Positions 13,040 through 29,756 are shown, numbered from the stretch's first letter. The stretch: DNA of 64,000 nt from Octopus vulgaris (GCA_951406725.2 OX597841.1:17050001-17114000), one strand, 5' to 3'. A program made the numbers and translations. The notes: generated by a model from the sequence alone, not told the origin.

Positions 13040-13113
13040 TAGATAGATAGACTTGTAGGTAGGTAGGTGGATAGATAGACAGATAGACAGATAGATAGAT
13101 AGATAGATGATAA

Positions 13114-13518
13114 GTTTCTGTATTGGCCACACAGGGCTGCACACAGATGGGACAAGTTACAAGGTAGAGCTTTTCTTTTAGGGGATGAAAGAAAACAAAA
13201 AACAAAAATAAAAGAAACAAGAAAAAGGTGGCTTGGGTTTTCGATCAAAAGGTATCGTAAAAGGGAAAAAAAAGAACAAAAAAATTTTTTTTTAAAAGAA
13301 AAAAGGAAAAGGAACAAAAGAAAAGAGAAATGAAAAAAAAGAAGAAAAAAGGGGGAAAAAAGGGGAAGGGGACAAAAAAAAACGATCAATAGGTATCGTG
13401 TATCACAGTGTTATGATGTATGGTGTAAAGGGGAAAACAAGTAAGGTTTATCCGTGGGAAGAAAAGCCTACGAAAAAGACCACGGTAACCTTGGTCAATA
13501 TTGTTATATGTTGCCACA
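13114..13518 (-). mobile_element. Tx1/L1-like LINE 3'UTR (5'-truncated) inside (GATA)n
   Basis: Homologous to 40226-40465 and 56964-57108; GATA repeats on both sides. Confidence 0.7.
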
Positions 13519-13616
13519 GATAGATATGTAGGTAGATAGATATATAGGTAGGTAGGTAGGTAAGTAGGCAGGTAGGTAGGTAGGTAGGTAGGTAGGTAGA
13601 CAGGTAGACAGGTAGG

Positions 13617-13647
<31 letters not shown>

Positions 13648-13691
13648 GGAGGTATATAGATAGATAGATAGATAGATAGATAGGGAGGTAT

Positions 13692-13723
<32 letters not shown>

Positions 13724-13731
13724 GGAGGTAT

Positions 13732-13770
<39 letters not shown>

Positions 13771-14242
13771 TGTAGGCAGGTAGATAGATATGTTGGTAGT
13801 TTGATAGATAGATAGATAGATAGATAGATAAATAGATACACATACTGACAGACGGACTGTCAGACAGACGGACAGATCGACATGTTAGTTATGTTGGAAA
13901 AATGTATTCATGAAATAATTATAGACATTAAAAGAAAATGAATATATATTTTGATTTAAAAAGTTGTTTAAAGTAATTCATTTTGGTTTTTCCCCTCTCT
14001 TTTGATGGGTGGTATTTTGTGTGTAGGTAGGTGTGTGTTTGTGTGTGTATGTGAGTGTGTGCGTGTATGTGTGTGTGTAATATGTACATATGTATACATA
14101 CATACACACGTATATATATATATGCATATATATATATATATATATATGCACATATATATATATATATATATGCACATATATATATTTATATATATATGTA
14201 TATATATATATTTATATATATATGCATCCATATATATATATG

Positions 14243-14298
<56 letters not shown>

Positions 14299-14400
14299 CG
14301 TGCGCGGCTATGTGTGTATGACGATTCATATATAATTTATACATTTAAAATGTACCAGTATGTGCATATATATACACATACTGATATGCATACACACACT

Positions 14401-14437
<37 letters not shown>

Positions 14438-14525
14438 GTGTGTGTATGTATGTATTTGTACAGATATTGATATATATTGATAATGATATATATGTATATA
14501 TATATAGACGTGTGTGTGTATATAT

Positions 14526-14561
<36 letters not shown>

Positions 14562-14683
14562 TATCTGGTTGTATATTAATACGTACATGCAGATCACGTA
14601 AAATTTATCTTTACTGTTGCATTTTTCCGTACACCTGTATACATACATACATCTACATATATACACGTGTATATACACACACA

Positions 14684-14763
<80 letters not shown>

Positions 14764-14951
14764 CACATGCATAGACTGACAGAAACACATATTTAGGCGG
14801 GTAATAAATGGCTGTGTTCGCGTGTATATGTACATGTGTCTATGTGTGTGTATGTGCTTCTGTGTAGGCGGAGTAGTCTGAGTATATATACAGAATATAT
14901 AACTGCGAATGATGTTTACAGTAGTTCTGATGTGTTTATAGTGCTCACCAT

Positions 14952-15110
14952 ATGTGGTTGTGTGGTAAGAAGCTTGCCTCCCAATCAGATTGTTCAGTGT
15001 TCGGTCCCACTGCGTGGCAATTTGGACAAGTGTCTTTTACAATAACCTTGGACCGGCCAAAGCCTTGTGAGTAGATTTGGTAGATGGAAACTGAAAGAAG
15101 CCCGTCGTAT
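14952..15110 (+). mobile_element. SINE-A 5' half
   Basis: Matches the consensus head up to the internal microsatellite. Confidence 0.75.
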
Positions 15111-15121
15111 ATATGTATGTA

Positions 15122-15170
<49 letters not shown>

Positions 15171-15174
<4 letters not shown>

Positions 15175-15345
15175 ATAAAAATGGTAAGACAACAAAAGAA
15201 AGAAAGAGACTTCGATATTATGTAAATAGAGGAATTTATCTGTAAATGTAATATGTGACAATTATTCGGTAGCCATGATAAAACTCCAAGTTTCGGATGT
15301 CGGGGAAGAAATCCACGTCGCCATCTCTTCAGTTAATCGGCCATC
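15171..15345 (-). mobile_element. PLE terminal fragment, family 2, HHR at 15277-15337
   Basis: Homologous to 4229-4510. Minus strand TTAA-CTGAAGA-GATG...CATC-C-GAAAC-TTGGA-GTT-TTATC; abuts (TA)n. Confidence 0.7.
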
Positions 15346-15354
15346 GCATTTTTT

Positions 15355-15660
15355 CCGATGGAAACGAACTATTTTTTCAAACAACGAAAAAAACAGAGCA
15401 CAAGACATACAACACAAGGAATATTCCCCTTCTTTAGTTGTCTCTGTTTTGTTTTCTCCGCGGTGCGAAGGTAAGGACAAGACACGACTTCGTTAAAACA
15501 GTCCTTCCCGCAAAGCAAATTAAATACAGTTTGGGATTTTTTGCGGAGGGGTAAAAGTGGTAACAAGAACAGGACAGTGAGAACAAAACGAGACAGTAAA
15601 AACGATAAAAGTAAAAACAGTAAAAGACAGGACAAGGAGAATAACACAGTAAAAACAAAC
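15355..15660 (-). mobile_element. Unclassified interspersed repeat related to 3640-3840(+)
   Basis: Shared block ACTRAAGAAGGGG...TTGTGTT...TGTCYTGTRCTCTRTTTTTT...GTTGTTT; embedded among PLE fragments. Confidence 0.5.
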
Positions 15661-15749
15661 GATGAGGGCTGTTAAGCCAAGACAATGGAAAAATTATTGT
15701 GAACGCTTGAGGAGACAGCTTATGAGAGAGAGACAGGATAAGCGGTTTG

Positions 15750-15880
15750 GCTGCGTGGAAGGTGTTTACAAGCCATTTAGAAACACACAAAAACCGTTAG
15801 ATTCACTTCTGCATTTAAATTTAATTTGCCAAACTATTTTCCTCACTTTGAGATCGCAATCTGTTCACTGACAAAATCTC
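15750..15880 (-). mobile_element. Second copy of PLE-like family 5 (GTGAACA core, decayed stems at 15825-15875)
   Basis: Aligns with 5005-5135; minus strand TTTGTCA-GTGAACA-G...GAAAATAGTT-TGGCAAA. Confidence 0.65.
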
Positions 15881-15889
15881 ACGCTGCAT

Positions 15890-16043
<154 letters not shown>

Positions 16044-16101
16044 GGAGAAATTTATAGAAAAACGAAAGACGAAGACAGGTGTATAAACAACAAGCAATAT
16101 A

Positions 16102-16276
16102 TGTGTGTCTGTGTTTGTGTCCCCACCATTACTTGACACTCGATGTTGGTGTGTTTACGTCCACGTATTCTAGCGGTTAGGCCTAAGAGACCGATAGAAT
16201 AAGTACTAGGATTACAAAGAATAATACCTGGGGTCGATTTGCCCGACTAAAGGAGATGCTCCAGTATGGCCGCAGT
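16102..16276 (+). mobile_element. SINE-A 3' half
   Basis: Matches the consensus from (TG)n to ATGGCCGCAGT. Confidence 0.8.
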
Positions 16277-16348
16277 ATATACAATATAAAAATACCATAC
16301 ATATAAAAATACCTTAGGAATGAGAACCCAGGTTCAAAATTTCCCCAA

Positions 16349-16394
16349 GACACCTGATGAAGGCTGGAGAGTATATCAGCCGAAACGTTGTATT
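16349..16394 (+). ncRNA. Minimal type-I hammerhead with canonical core, in PLE-like fragment 16297-16445
   Basis: GACAC-CTGATGA-A-GGCTG gagagtatat CAGCC-GAAAC-GTT-GTATT; palindromic stem III AACGTT; one mismatch in stem I. Confidence 0.75.
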
Positions 16395-16738
16395 AACAAC
16401 AAACAAGATGAGGACAAATATCCGTCGAATGTAAATAATGTAAACAATGCACAAACCAGTTGCTGAACATGGTAACAGAACTGGACACCCTTAGCTCAGC
16501 CGTGGGCCTTAAAATGAACCGTATTAGAGCAAAACAGGTGATGTGTGAAGAGGCAATACGAGGCTGAACAAAGGTGGGGAGCGATAAAATCTCGGGAGTA
16601 AAGGAGGAAATAGGGGGCCATTTGAGTGGGGTGCAATGTAAGCAATTTCGGGGAAGAGGAAGTCGTTTCCTTTGACCTCAATGTTCGACTGGTACTTATT
16701 TTATTGACGTAAAGACGGACGAAATGCCACTAAGCATC

Positions 16739-17310
16739 GATGGTCACAGCGGGAACGTCTTTAAAGACGTTCCCAATGTGACAATCCTGCCATTTATTCA
16801 GGCATAGTGTATCTAGGACTACGTAGTCGAAAGTGGTCTCCATTTCTTTTGTATTTATTAATCACTGTTAAGTTCCTTGTGACAACAGGCCTATGATCAA
16901 AGACGTTCCCGCTGTGACCATCCCGCCATTTATCCAGGCATTGTGTACCTAGGACTACGCAATTGAAAGTGACTTTCATATTTGCTCTGAATATTAATCC
17001 CTGTTAAGTTACTCGATCCAATACACCTATGATCAAAGACGTTCCCGCTGTGACCATCCCGCCTTTTATTCAGGCATTGTGTACCTAGGACTACGCAATT
17101 GAAAGTGACTTTCATATTTGCCCTGGATATTAATCCCTCTTAAGTTACTCGATCCAATACACCAATGATCAATGACATTCCATTTGTGACCATCTCGCCT
17201 TTAAATCTGCCATAACATATCTAGGACTACATTACCAAATATACACTTTTTAATTATTTAACCCTAGGTCAGTCCTGATCCCTCGACCATCCTATGATCA
17301 ACCGCCTTCC
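16739..17310 (+). repeat. 136-bp tandem satellite (~4 units) starting with an inverted partial unit
   Basis: Unit anchors at 16763, 16899, 17035 and 17171; 24-bp perfect palindrome GGGAACGTCTTTAAAGACGTTCCC at 16751-16774. Confidence 0.9.
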
Positions 17311-17619
17311 TGTTTAATTCTCTTCTCTGTTCTATTCTTTCTCGATACAGTATGCTGTCACAGACCTCTAGCTGCTATTTCTAGCATTTTCTCTCAGTTC
17401 TTTATTAAGTGGTTGTGACTGAAGCTGTTGATTTTTCCACCTTTTACTAAAAACATTTGTTTTTGGTATCGCCGTAGATGGCGCTGCTACTGCTGCTGCT
17501 GCTGTTGTTATCAGCGTCGCCGAATTTTTTTTATTTATTTATTCGTTTAATTCTTCATTTGCGTTTAATACGTTTAATATATATTTCGATATCGATTTAT
17601 CGATACGTTTCAATGAAGA

Positions 17620-21450
<3,831 letters not shown>

Positions 21451-21919
21451 ACGTTTACGTCCGTATGTTATTATGTGTACAAGTATACCGCTATATCCAC
21501 CCTCTTATGGGTATTTTGTTGTCCGTTCTGATAGCAGAGACATTTAATATATAAATCTATATACACTCACTCCTCTTCTTTACTCTCTTTATCTCTCTCT
21601 CCTTTCTCTGTGTGTGTCTCTCTCTGTGTTTGACCCAACACACACACAAACACTCATACACACGTTCTTTTTCGCCACCTTTCGTTGGTTATTAGAAAGA
21701 GAAAAAAACCGCCGTTTTGACATCAATATACGGCTGCCATATTGTTACATACTTGAAGTCGTTCTTCTGTAAAAAAAAGTAGAAAAGGTAAAAATAAATC
21801 GGCACCTATGTTATTCCCCATTCTCTCGTAGGTCTTATTAGTCGTATTTAGAATTACAACAACAATAATAACAACAACAACAACAATAATAATAATGATA
21901 GTAATAATAATATTAATTA

Positions 21920-22132
21920 CGGTTTCAAATTTTGGCTCAAGAGGAGCCATTTTGGTGGAGGAGATGAGGCGATTTCATTGACCCCAGTGCGTAGCTGGAA
22001 CTTATTTTAGTAACCCCGAAAGGATGAAAAGAAAAGTCGACCTCGGCTGAATTTGAACTCAGAACGTAGCGACGGGTGAAATACCGCTAAGCATTTCGTC
22101 CAGCATGCTAAATATTCTGCCAGCTCGCCGCC
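21920..22132 (-). mobile_element. SINE-C monomer between (TAA)n tracts
   Basis: Minus-strand head GGCGGCGAGCTGGCAGAA...GAGTTCAAATTC (B box), then GAGGTCGACTT...TCATCCTTTCGGGG. Confidence 0.85.
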
Positions 22133-22171
22133 GTAGTAATAATAATAATGATAATAATAATAATAATAATA

Positions 22172-22655
22172 ATTGTTTTGTCTTGGTATAAAAGATGGGC
22201 TACAGCAAATATTCTGCTCAATACCACAGATTTGCTTGTCAGTTGTTTGACCTTAACCAGTTGAGCATGTCCCTTAGTGGCTGACGATATGTGCATCTCT
22301 GATCACGAGCAGAAGTAGTGGGGGAGCATCATAGCCATGTGTTGAGAGGGATTCTTTGGGGTTTGAATAGTTCACCTCTGGAAACATGGGTGGTTCTTTC
22401 AACATCCTTAAACAACCCTTATTCAGGGACCGTTTGAGTGGGATGGGTTACTCGACCAGAAGAAAATTCTAACTGGGCCCCACCTGGAAGGTCATGCGCT
22501 GTTTATCTTGATATGAGATCACCAGGTCGCGCACATATGGTTGTGATGCATGTGCCTGGTGTACCCTTATCAGACGTTTAGTCATGATGGGTATATTGGG
22601 CTTCGTATATTTTACCCCAGTGTCACTTTGATGGCATGAACTGCTCTCTCACTCA
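22172..22655. mobile_element. ~480-bp insertion into (TAA)n, unclassified
   Basis: Complex, higher-GC sequence with sharp borders to (TAA)n on both sides; no ORF recognised; single copy in this window. Confidence 0.45.
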
Positions 22656-22715
22656 ATAATAATAATAATGTGGTTGGTTAGCAAGCTACTTACCACACAG
22701 CCACTCCTGCGCCTA

Positions 22716-23680
22716 TTGAGAAATCTGCAGTTACTCTATCCAGATTACAAGTCCAAGTTTATACTTGTGCTTATTGAGGCACTGGCATATGTACCACACT
22801 GCCTTAAATACCAATCTTGAGAAATTAGGCTTCTCAAAACCAGAAATGAGAACGCTAATTCGACAGATCCAAAGACTACAGATCCAAGCCATGATTGGAA
22901 CTGTAAAGATCTGTAAAACTTTCCTGAAGTTTATCATTTAAGTAGACAAGCAATTATATGTATGAGAATACATACATAAAACAAAACATACAAATCTGCA
23001 AATGAACTCTAAATACTGCACAAAGGCGTAGGAGTGGCTGTGTGGTAAGTAGCTTGCTTACCAACCACATGGTTCCGGGTTCCGTCCCACTGTGTGGATC
23101 CTTGGGCAAGTGTCTTCTACTATAGCCTCGGGCCTACCAAAGCCTTGTGAGTGGATTTGGTAGACGGAAACTGAAAGAAGCCCGTCGTATATATGTATAT
23201 ATATATATATGTATATGTGTGTGTGTCTGTGTTTGTCCATCCAATATCGCTTGACAACCGATGCTGGTGTGTTTACGTCCCCGTAACTTAGCGGTTCCGC
23301 AAAAGAGACCGATATAATAAGTACTAGGCTTACAAAGAATAAGTCCTGGGGTCGATTTGCTCGACTAAAAGGCGGTGCTCCAGCATGGCCACAGTCAAAT
23401 GACTGAAACACGTAAAAGAGACGGATAGAATAAGTACTAGGCTTACAAAGAATAAGTCCTGGGGGTTGATTTGCTCGACTAACAGGCGGGTGCGGTGCTC
23501 CAGCATGGCCGCAGACACATGACTGAAACAAGTAAAAGAGTAAAAGAGATATATATATACACATACATGCAAAAATCGCCGGCTGACGTTCTTGAAATTC
23601 CGATGAAGGAGCCTTGGATCTAGGTTAGGCACCGGCTCTTTCTCTGTTGGCGAGCAATCTTGAAATAAAAACCGAAATGT
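22716..23680 (+). mobile_element. 3' end of an RLE-type (R2/R4/NeSL-like) LINE, frameshifted, 3'UTR interrupted by SINE-A
   Basis: Translates LRNLQLLYPDYKSKFILVLIEALAYVPHCL / NTNLEKLGFSKPEMRTLIRQIQRLQIQAMIGTVKICKTFLKFII* (stop 22939-22941), resembling the C-terminal part of the restriction-like endonuclease domain. Confidence 0.7.
23025..23548 (+). mobile_element. SINE-A, full length, with tandem duplication of its 3' ~115 bp
   Basis: Tail segment present twice (23310-23420, 23424-23548). Confidence 0.9.
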
Positions 23681-23689
23681 GACAAAGCG

Positions 23690-24040
23690 AATGAGATATG
23701 AAAGTCTCTTTGAAAATCAAAGCGAAACCGGGTGACGAAGGATGCCTCCTTCGTAGCATTCAGATTCAATATTCATATTATAAATTCACATTTCGGCTAT
23801 TAATAATCGGTACACTTAACTTCGTAAGTAAATGCCTTTGTAATATTCTGGATAAGCTGGGGTCTTCAGAAAAAGAAATCTATCAAATAACCGTGAACGT
23901 TACACAAACAATCTGTAAGAGGAACGGTAGGAATATACGAGACGTTTCTCAAGTCTAAAATGTGACGTTGTTTTTGTTATCTGGATTCTTTGTTAGAAAC
24001 CAGTTCCTTCATCTGGGGATGGACTTAAAATATTAAGAAT
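23690..24040 (+). mobile_element. Second, more diverged RLE-type LINE 3' end
   Basis: LLRSIQIQYSYYKFTFRLLIIGTLNFVSKCLCNILDKLGSSEKE, frameshift, then LHKQSVRGTVGIYETFLKSKM* (stop 23963-23965); aligns with the 22716 copy. Confidence 0.65.
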
Positions 24041-24726
24041 AGAAGAGATATACATACATATACACGCGTATATACATACATAAATGCATACATATACACA
24101 TATACATACGTACATACATACATACGTAGATGTACAGACATACATATACACGTAAATATACACACATACATACACAGACATACATATACACGCAAATATA
24201 CACATATACATATACACACATACATATACAAGCGTATATACATACATAAATGCATACATGCATATACACACATCCATACGTGCGTACATATACACACATA
24301 CATACATATATGCTTACATATATATACACACACATACAAGCAGATACATACATATATATACTTACATACATACATATATATATATATATATACACACATA
24401 CATATACTTACATACATACATGCATACACACATACATACATGCATGCGTACATACATACACATAAGAACGCACATACACACACACACACATACATACATA
24501 CATACACACATACATACATACATACATACACATACATACATACATACATACACACATACATACATACACACACACATACATACATTCACACATACATACA
24601 TGCACGCATACATACATACACACACGTGCATACACACATACATACATACACACATACATACATACATACATACATACATACATACATACACACATATGCA
24701 TGCATACATACATACATACACACATA

Positions 24727-25058
24727 CGTGGCACCTTCTATAGCCTCGGGCCGACCAAAGCCTTGTGAGTGGATTTGGTAAACGGAAACTGAAAGAAGCC
24801 TGTCGTATATATATGTGTGTGTGTGTATGTATGTGTTTGTGTGTCTGTGTTTGTCCCCCTAGCATTGCCTGACAACCGATGTTGGTGTGTTTATGTCCCC
24901 GTTACTTAGCGGTTCGGCAAAAGAGACCGATAGAATAAGTACTGGGCTTACAAAAGAATAAGCCCCGGGGGGGGGGGGGGGTCGAGTTGCTCGATTAAAT
25001 GCAGTGCTCCAGCATGGCCGCAGTCAAATGACTGAAACAAGTAAAGGAGTAAAAGAGT
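24727..25058 (+). mobile_element. SINE-A, 5'-truncated
   Basis: Matches the consensus; contains an expanded G run at 24966-24981. Confidence 0.85.
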
Positions 25059-25858
25059 ATACATACACACACACACACACATATTTACACATACATACAT
25101 ACATACATACATACATACATACACAGAAAAAAAGTCGCAGGATTCTAGTTAGATTAGGTATCGGGTTAGACTGAGGTTTTAACAAATGTCACCGGTCACA
25201 TGGATTGAACCCGCAATTACCTGCTTCAGGAGCGAACATCTTACCACTCAACCACAAAACTGTTCTGGCACAGTAATGTGTCCATGAGTAGGTGCATGTT
25301 CGCGCGTGTGTCTGTGTGTCCGTATGTGCGTATATGCATCCTCATGTACATGTATATGTGTGTAAATTGCATAATTAGCAATACGTGTGTATACAAAAAT
25401 ATATACATAAATATATACATATATATGAGTGTGTGTGAGTGCAGGTGTCTGCGTGTGTGTGTGTGTGTTTGTGTAAGTGTGTGTACACATGCGTATAGAA
25501 TAATATTCTCTGTGCTTCATTCAATATCAGTGACATGTGTAAGTATGCATACGTACATACACACACACATACATATATACACATATATATATACTTATAT
25601 ATATATATGTAAATGTATATAGATCTATGCCTGTATGTATATATATACATATATATGCAAATATATATATATATGCATATATACATATATTTGCATACAT
25701 ATATAAATAACCTATATAATTATGTGCATATACACGCATATGTATGTATATACGTATGTAAATATACGAATATGTGTACATATATATATGTGTGTATGCA
25801 ATACACACAAATACATATACACATACGTATATGTACGCTTATGTATACATATATATAA

Positions 25859-25898
<40 letters not shown>

Positions 25899-26048
25899 AT
25901 ACACATGTATGTGTAGATGTATATATATATATATATATATAAATATATGTGTATATATATACACTCATATATATACATATATTTATTTATTATATAATTG
26001 TATATATACATATGTGCATACAGATATGTGTGTATATATATATATATA

Positions 26049-26088
<40 letters not shown>

Positions 26089-26132
26089 TATGTATGTATA
26101 TACATATGTATAGATATGTGTGTGTATGTATG

Positions 26133-26169
<37 letters not shown>

Positions 26170-26275
26170 TGATGAATGCGGCAGGCTATGTGTAAGCATC
26201 GCCTGTTGGATGTGTAGCGAGAAAAATGGAAGATACAGACACGGAGATAAAGATAGAGAAAGAGAGACAATGACA

Positions 26276-26314
<39 letters not shown>

Positions 26315-26624
26315 GGTGGGAGTGAGAGAGAGAGCAGGCTGGTGGTGGTGGGGGCGGTCGGGCGGGCGGGTGCTGGTGTTTGGTGTCTTAATAGAGAACG
26401 AAGATCTTTTCCGAAGACGGCTAAGCTATGATGCTATTTCAATAACATGGCTAGGTTTTGGCAAATCTTAACGAAGACACGATTAAAAGAAGTCTTTGAT
26501 GTTTGGTAATTGGTGAGCAGCGGCGACGGAGAGTGATTTCCACACCACGGGGCATGGGGAGGGAAGGGGGGATGAGGAGGGGGGTGGAGGTTCGGGTGTG
26601 AGGTGTGGTGTACTTTAGTGTAGC

Positions 26625-27620
26625 GTGGTAGTGGTGGCGGTGGTGGTGATTGTGTTGGTGGTAGTGGTGGTTGTGTTGGTGGTGGTGGTCGTCGTCGTGT
26701 TGGTGGTGGTGGTGTTGGTGGTAGTGGTGGTTGTGTTGGTGGTGGTGGTGGTAGTGGTGTTGTGGTGGTGGTGGTGGTGGTGGTGTTGGTGGTAGTGGTG
26801 GTTGTGGTGGTGGTGGTTGTCGTCGTCGTGTTGGTTGTCGTCGTCGTCGTGGTGGTGGTGGTGGTAGTGGTGGTTGTGTTGGTGGTGGTGGTGGTGGTGT
26901 GGTGGTGGTGGTGGTTGTGTTGGTGGTGGTGTTGGTGGTGGTGGTTGGTGGTGGTGTTGGTGGTAGTGGTGGTTGTGTTGGTGGTGGTGGTGGTTGTCGT
27001 CGTCGTGTTGGTTGTCGTCGTCGTCGTCGTGGTGGTGGTGGTGGTGGTGGTGTTGGTGGTAGTGGTGGTTGTGTTGGTGGTGGTCGTCGTCGTGTTGGTG
27101 GTGGTGGTTGTCGTCGTCGTGTTGGTGTTGGTGTTGTATAGTGATTGTGGTGGTGATGGTGGTGTGTTCTCGATGTCACCGCTGTGATGTTTTATAGTGA
27201 TAGTGGTGAAGGGGTACTGGCTGTTTTTGTGGCGGTGGTGGTGGTGATGTTGATAATGGTTGTGGTGGTGGTGGTTGTTATTTTAGTGGTGACTGTGGTG
27301 GTGATGTTGATGGTGGTGGTAGTGGTGGTGGTTGTAGTGACGACAACCATCATGATAACGACAACAGTGATGGTGGAGATGGTGGTGGTTAACATGGCGG
27401 ACGGCGGTGGGTGTGGAATGGTGGAGATGATGATGATGATGATGGTGGTGGTATTAGTGGTGGCGATTGTGCTGATGGAGGCGGTGGTGGTGAAGGCGAC
27501 GGTGTAGTATGATCGATGGTATGGTTGAAGTACAGGCGCAGTTGTATAATACTGTGGCGGCGGTGGTGTTCATGGTGGTGATATCGATGATGATAGTAGC
27601 GGTGGTGGTGGTGTGTGTGG
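26625..27620. repeat. (GGT/TGT/CGT)n trinucleotide field
   Basis: Directly visible. Confidence 0.9.
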
Positions 27621-27929
27621 TATACTCTAATTGTGTTGCATTTCTGGTAGTGCAGGGGTCGTGCTAGTGCAGATAATTAAGCTTTCCGTGCAGTGTCCAC
27701 ATTTAGTATCTTACATAGATTGCTATTTTCATCTTACACTTTTTCTATTGCACATAACGAATATATATTTAGCCGACCTGCTCTTTGCAAAATCAGTGAT
27801 TTTTCAATCGTTGTTTACCTATATGAGTTGTTCTCATCCCTTCTTTGCCTAACAGACCCCTTTGATACCAAGTGAATTCTACTGGACCCTTATAGTCATT
27901 TGAAGTTTTTAAAAATCCCTTTATATTTT

Positions 27930-28285
27930 TGGTTGTGTGGTAAGAAGCTTGCTTACCAGCTACATGGCTCCGGGTTCAGTCCCACTGCGTGACATCTTGG
28001 GAAACTGTCTTCTACTATAGCTACGGGACGATCAAAGCCTTCTGAGTAGATTTGGTAGGCGGAAACTGAGAGAAGCCCGTCGTGTGTATGTATATATATA
28101 TGTACATATATTCTTTTATTCTTTCATTTGTTTCAATCATATGACTGCGTCCATGCTGGACAAACGCCTCTAGTCGGACAAATCGACCTCAGATCTATTT
28201 TGCCGAACTGCTAAGTTACAGGGACGTAAAAAATCTAAATTGGTTGTCAAGCGACGGTTGCGTGAAAATCACAGACACACAAACA
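27930..28285. mobile_element. SINE-A 5' half (+, 27930-28085) followed by SINE-A 3' half (-, 28110-28285)
   Basis: Both pieces match the consensus, in opposite orientations. Confidence 0.75.
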
Positions 28286-28312
28286 TTTATATATATATAC
28301 GAAAACCCCACT

Positions 28313-28630
28313 AGAGTGGCGTAGCGGTTAGGGTATTCGGCTCACGAGCGTAAGGTCGTGAGTTCAATTCCCGGTGACGCGTTGTGTCCTTGAGCAAGTC
28401 ACTTTATTTCACGTTGCTCCAGTCCACTCAGCTGGCAAAAATCGGCAGTACCTGTATTTCAAAGGGCCGGCTTTGTCACACGCTGTGTCATGCTGAATCT
28501 CCCCGAGAACTACGTTAAGAGTCCAGGTGTCTGTGGAGTGCTCAGCCACTTGGACGTTCATTTCACGAGCAGGCTGTTCCGTTGATCGTATCAGCTGGGA
28601 CCCTCATCGTCGTAGCCGACGGAGTGCTTC
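28313..28630 (+). mobile_element. SINE-D: tRNA head + CORE-like domain + tail shared with SINE-B
   Basis: A box TGGCGTAGCGG, B box GAGTTCAATTCC, GTGTCCTTGAGCAAGTCACTT (28384-28404, MIR/CORE-like), then the SINE-B tail ending GACGGAGTGCTTC. Confidence 0.85.
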
Positions 28631-28633
28631 TTA

Positions 28634-29018
28634 GTGGAGGCACAATGGCCCAGTGGTTAGGGCAGCATTCTCTCGGTCAAAGGATCGTGGTTTCGATTCC
28701 CAGACCTAGCGCTGTGTATGTTTATGGAGCGTAAACACCTGAAGCTCCAAGAGGCTCCGGCAGGGGGGCAGTGGCGAACTCTGCTGTACTCTTTCACCAT
28801 AACTTTCTCTCACTCTTACTTCCTGTTTCTGTTGTACCTATATTTCAAAGGGGCCAGCCTCGTCACGTTCTGTATCGTGCTGAATCTCCCCGAGAACTAC
28901 GTTGAGGGTACACGTGTCTGTGGAGTGCTCAGCCACTTGCACGTTAATTTCACGAGCAGGCAGATCCGTTGATCGCATTAACTGGAATCCTCGTCGTTGC
29001 AAGCGACGGAGTGCCACA
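28634..29018 (+). mobile_element. SINE-B, full length
   Basis: Aligns with the reverse complement of 8631-9020. Confidence 0.88.
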
Positions 29019-29035
29019 ATGTTTTTATAGTTGAA

Positions 29036-29250
29036 GGCGGTGAGCTGGCAGAACTGTTAGCACGTCGGGCGAAATGCTTAGCGGCATTTCGTCTGCCGCT
29101 ACGTTCTGAGTTCAAATTCCGCCAAGGTCGACTTTGCCTTTCATCATTTCGGGGTCGATAAATTAATTACCAGTTGCGTACTGGGGTCGATCTAATCAAC
29201 TAGTCCCCTCCCCAAAAATTTCGGGCCTTGTGCCTAGAGTAGGAAAGATA
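29036..29250 (+). mobile_element. SINE-C monomer with standard tail; an isolated SINE-B/D tail follows at 29274-29458
   Basis: Head, B box and GCCTTTCATCATTTCGGGGTCGATAAATTAATTACCAG, ending GGCCTTGTGCCTAGAGTAGGAAAG. Confidence 0.85.
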
Positions 29251-29756
29251 TTTTTATGTGTATATATATGCATGTTGTAGCTATATTTCAAAGGGCCGGC
29301 CTGCTCACATTCTGTGTTGTGCTGAAACTCCCTCAGAACCACATTAAGGGTACGAGTGTCTGTGGTGTACTCAGCCACTTCCACATTAATTTCACAAGCA
29401 GGCTGTTCCGTTGATCGGATCAACTGGAACCCTCATTGTCGAAATCGACGGAGTGCTTGTAATTCTTTCTGCTATTGGAAACTGTTCTAAAACTTTTATG
29501 AAGGGGAACTGCTCAAGTGATGAAAGGCAAAGTCGACGTTAATGGAACTCGAAATCTCGAAACAGACGGAGTGCCAATTAGCACTGGACATCAGTAAGAA
29601 GTTTTATCACCGGATAAATGCGGCGGAGTGGACATATTTAGAGGCTGTGGAGTCCTTCAAAAGATTTTCTTTGGTGAACAACTAGTTTGGTCTCAAGGGC
29701 ACGTAGTGGGCAATAGAAGAGATACAAGGATACGCCTGAGAAAGAGCTGAAAAAAA

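Noticed and set aside
22450-22500. HDV-like ribozyme on the minus strand (ACC-TTCCA-GGT)
   Set aside because: L3 is too short and P1/P2 partners could not be assigned.
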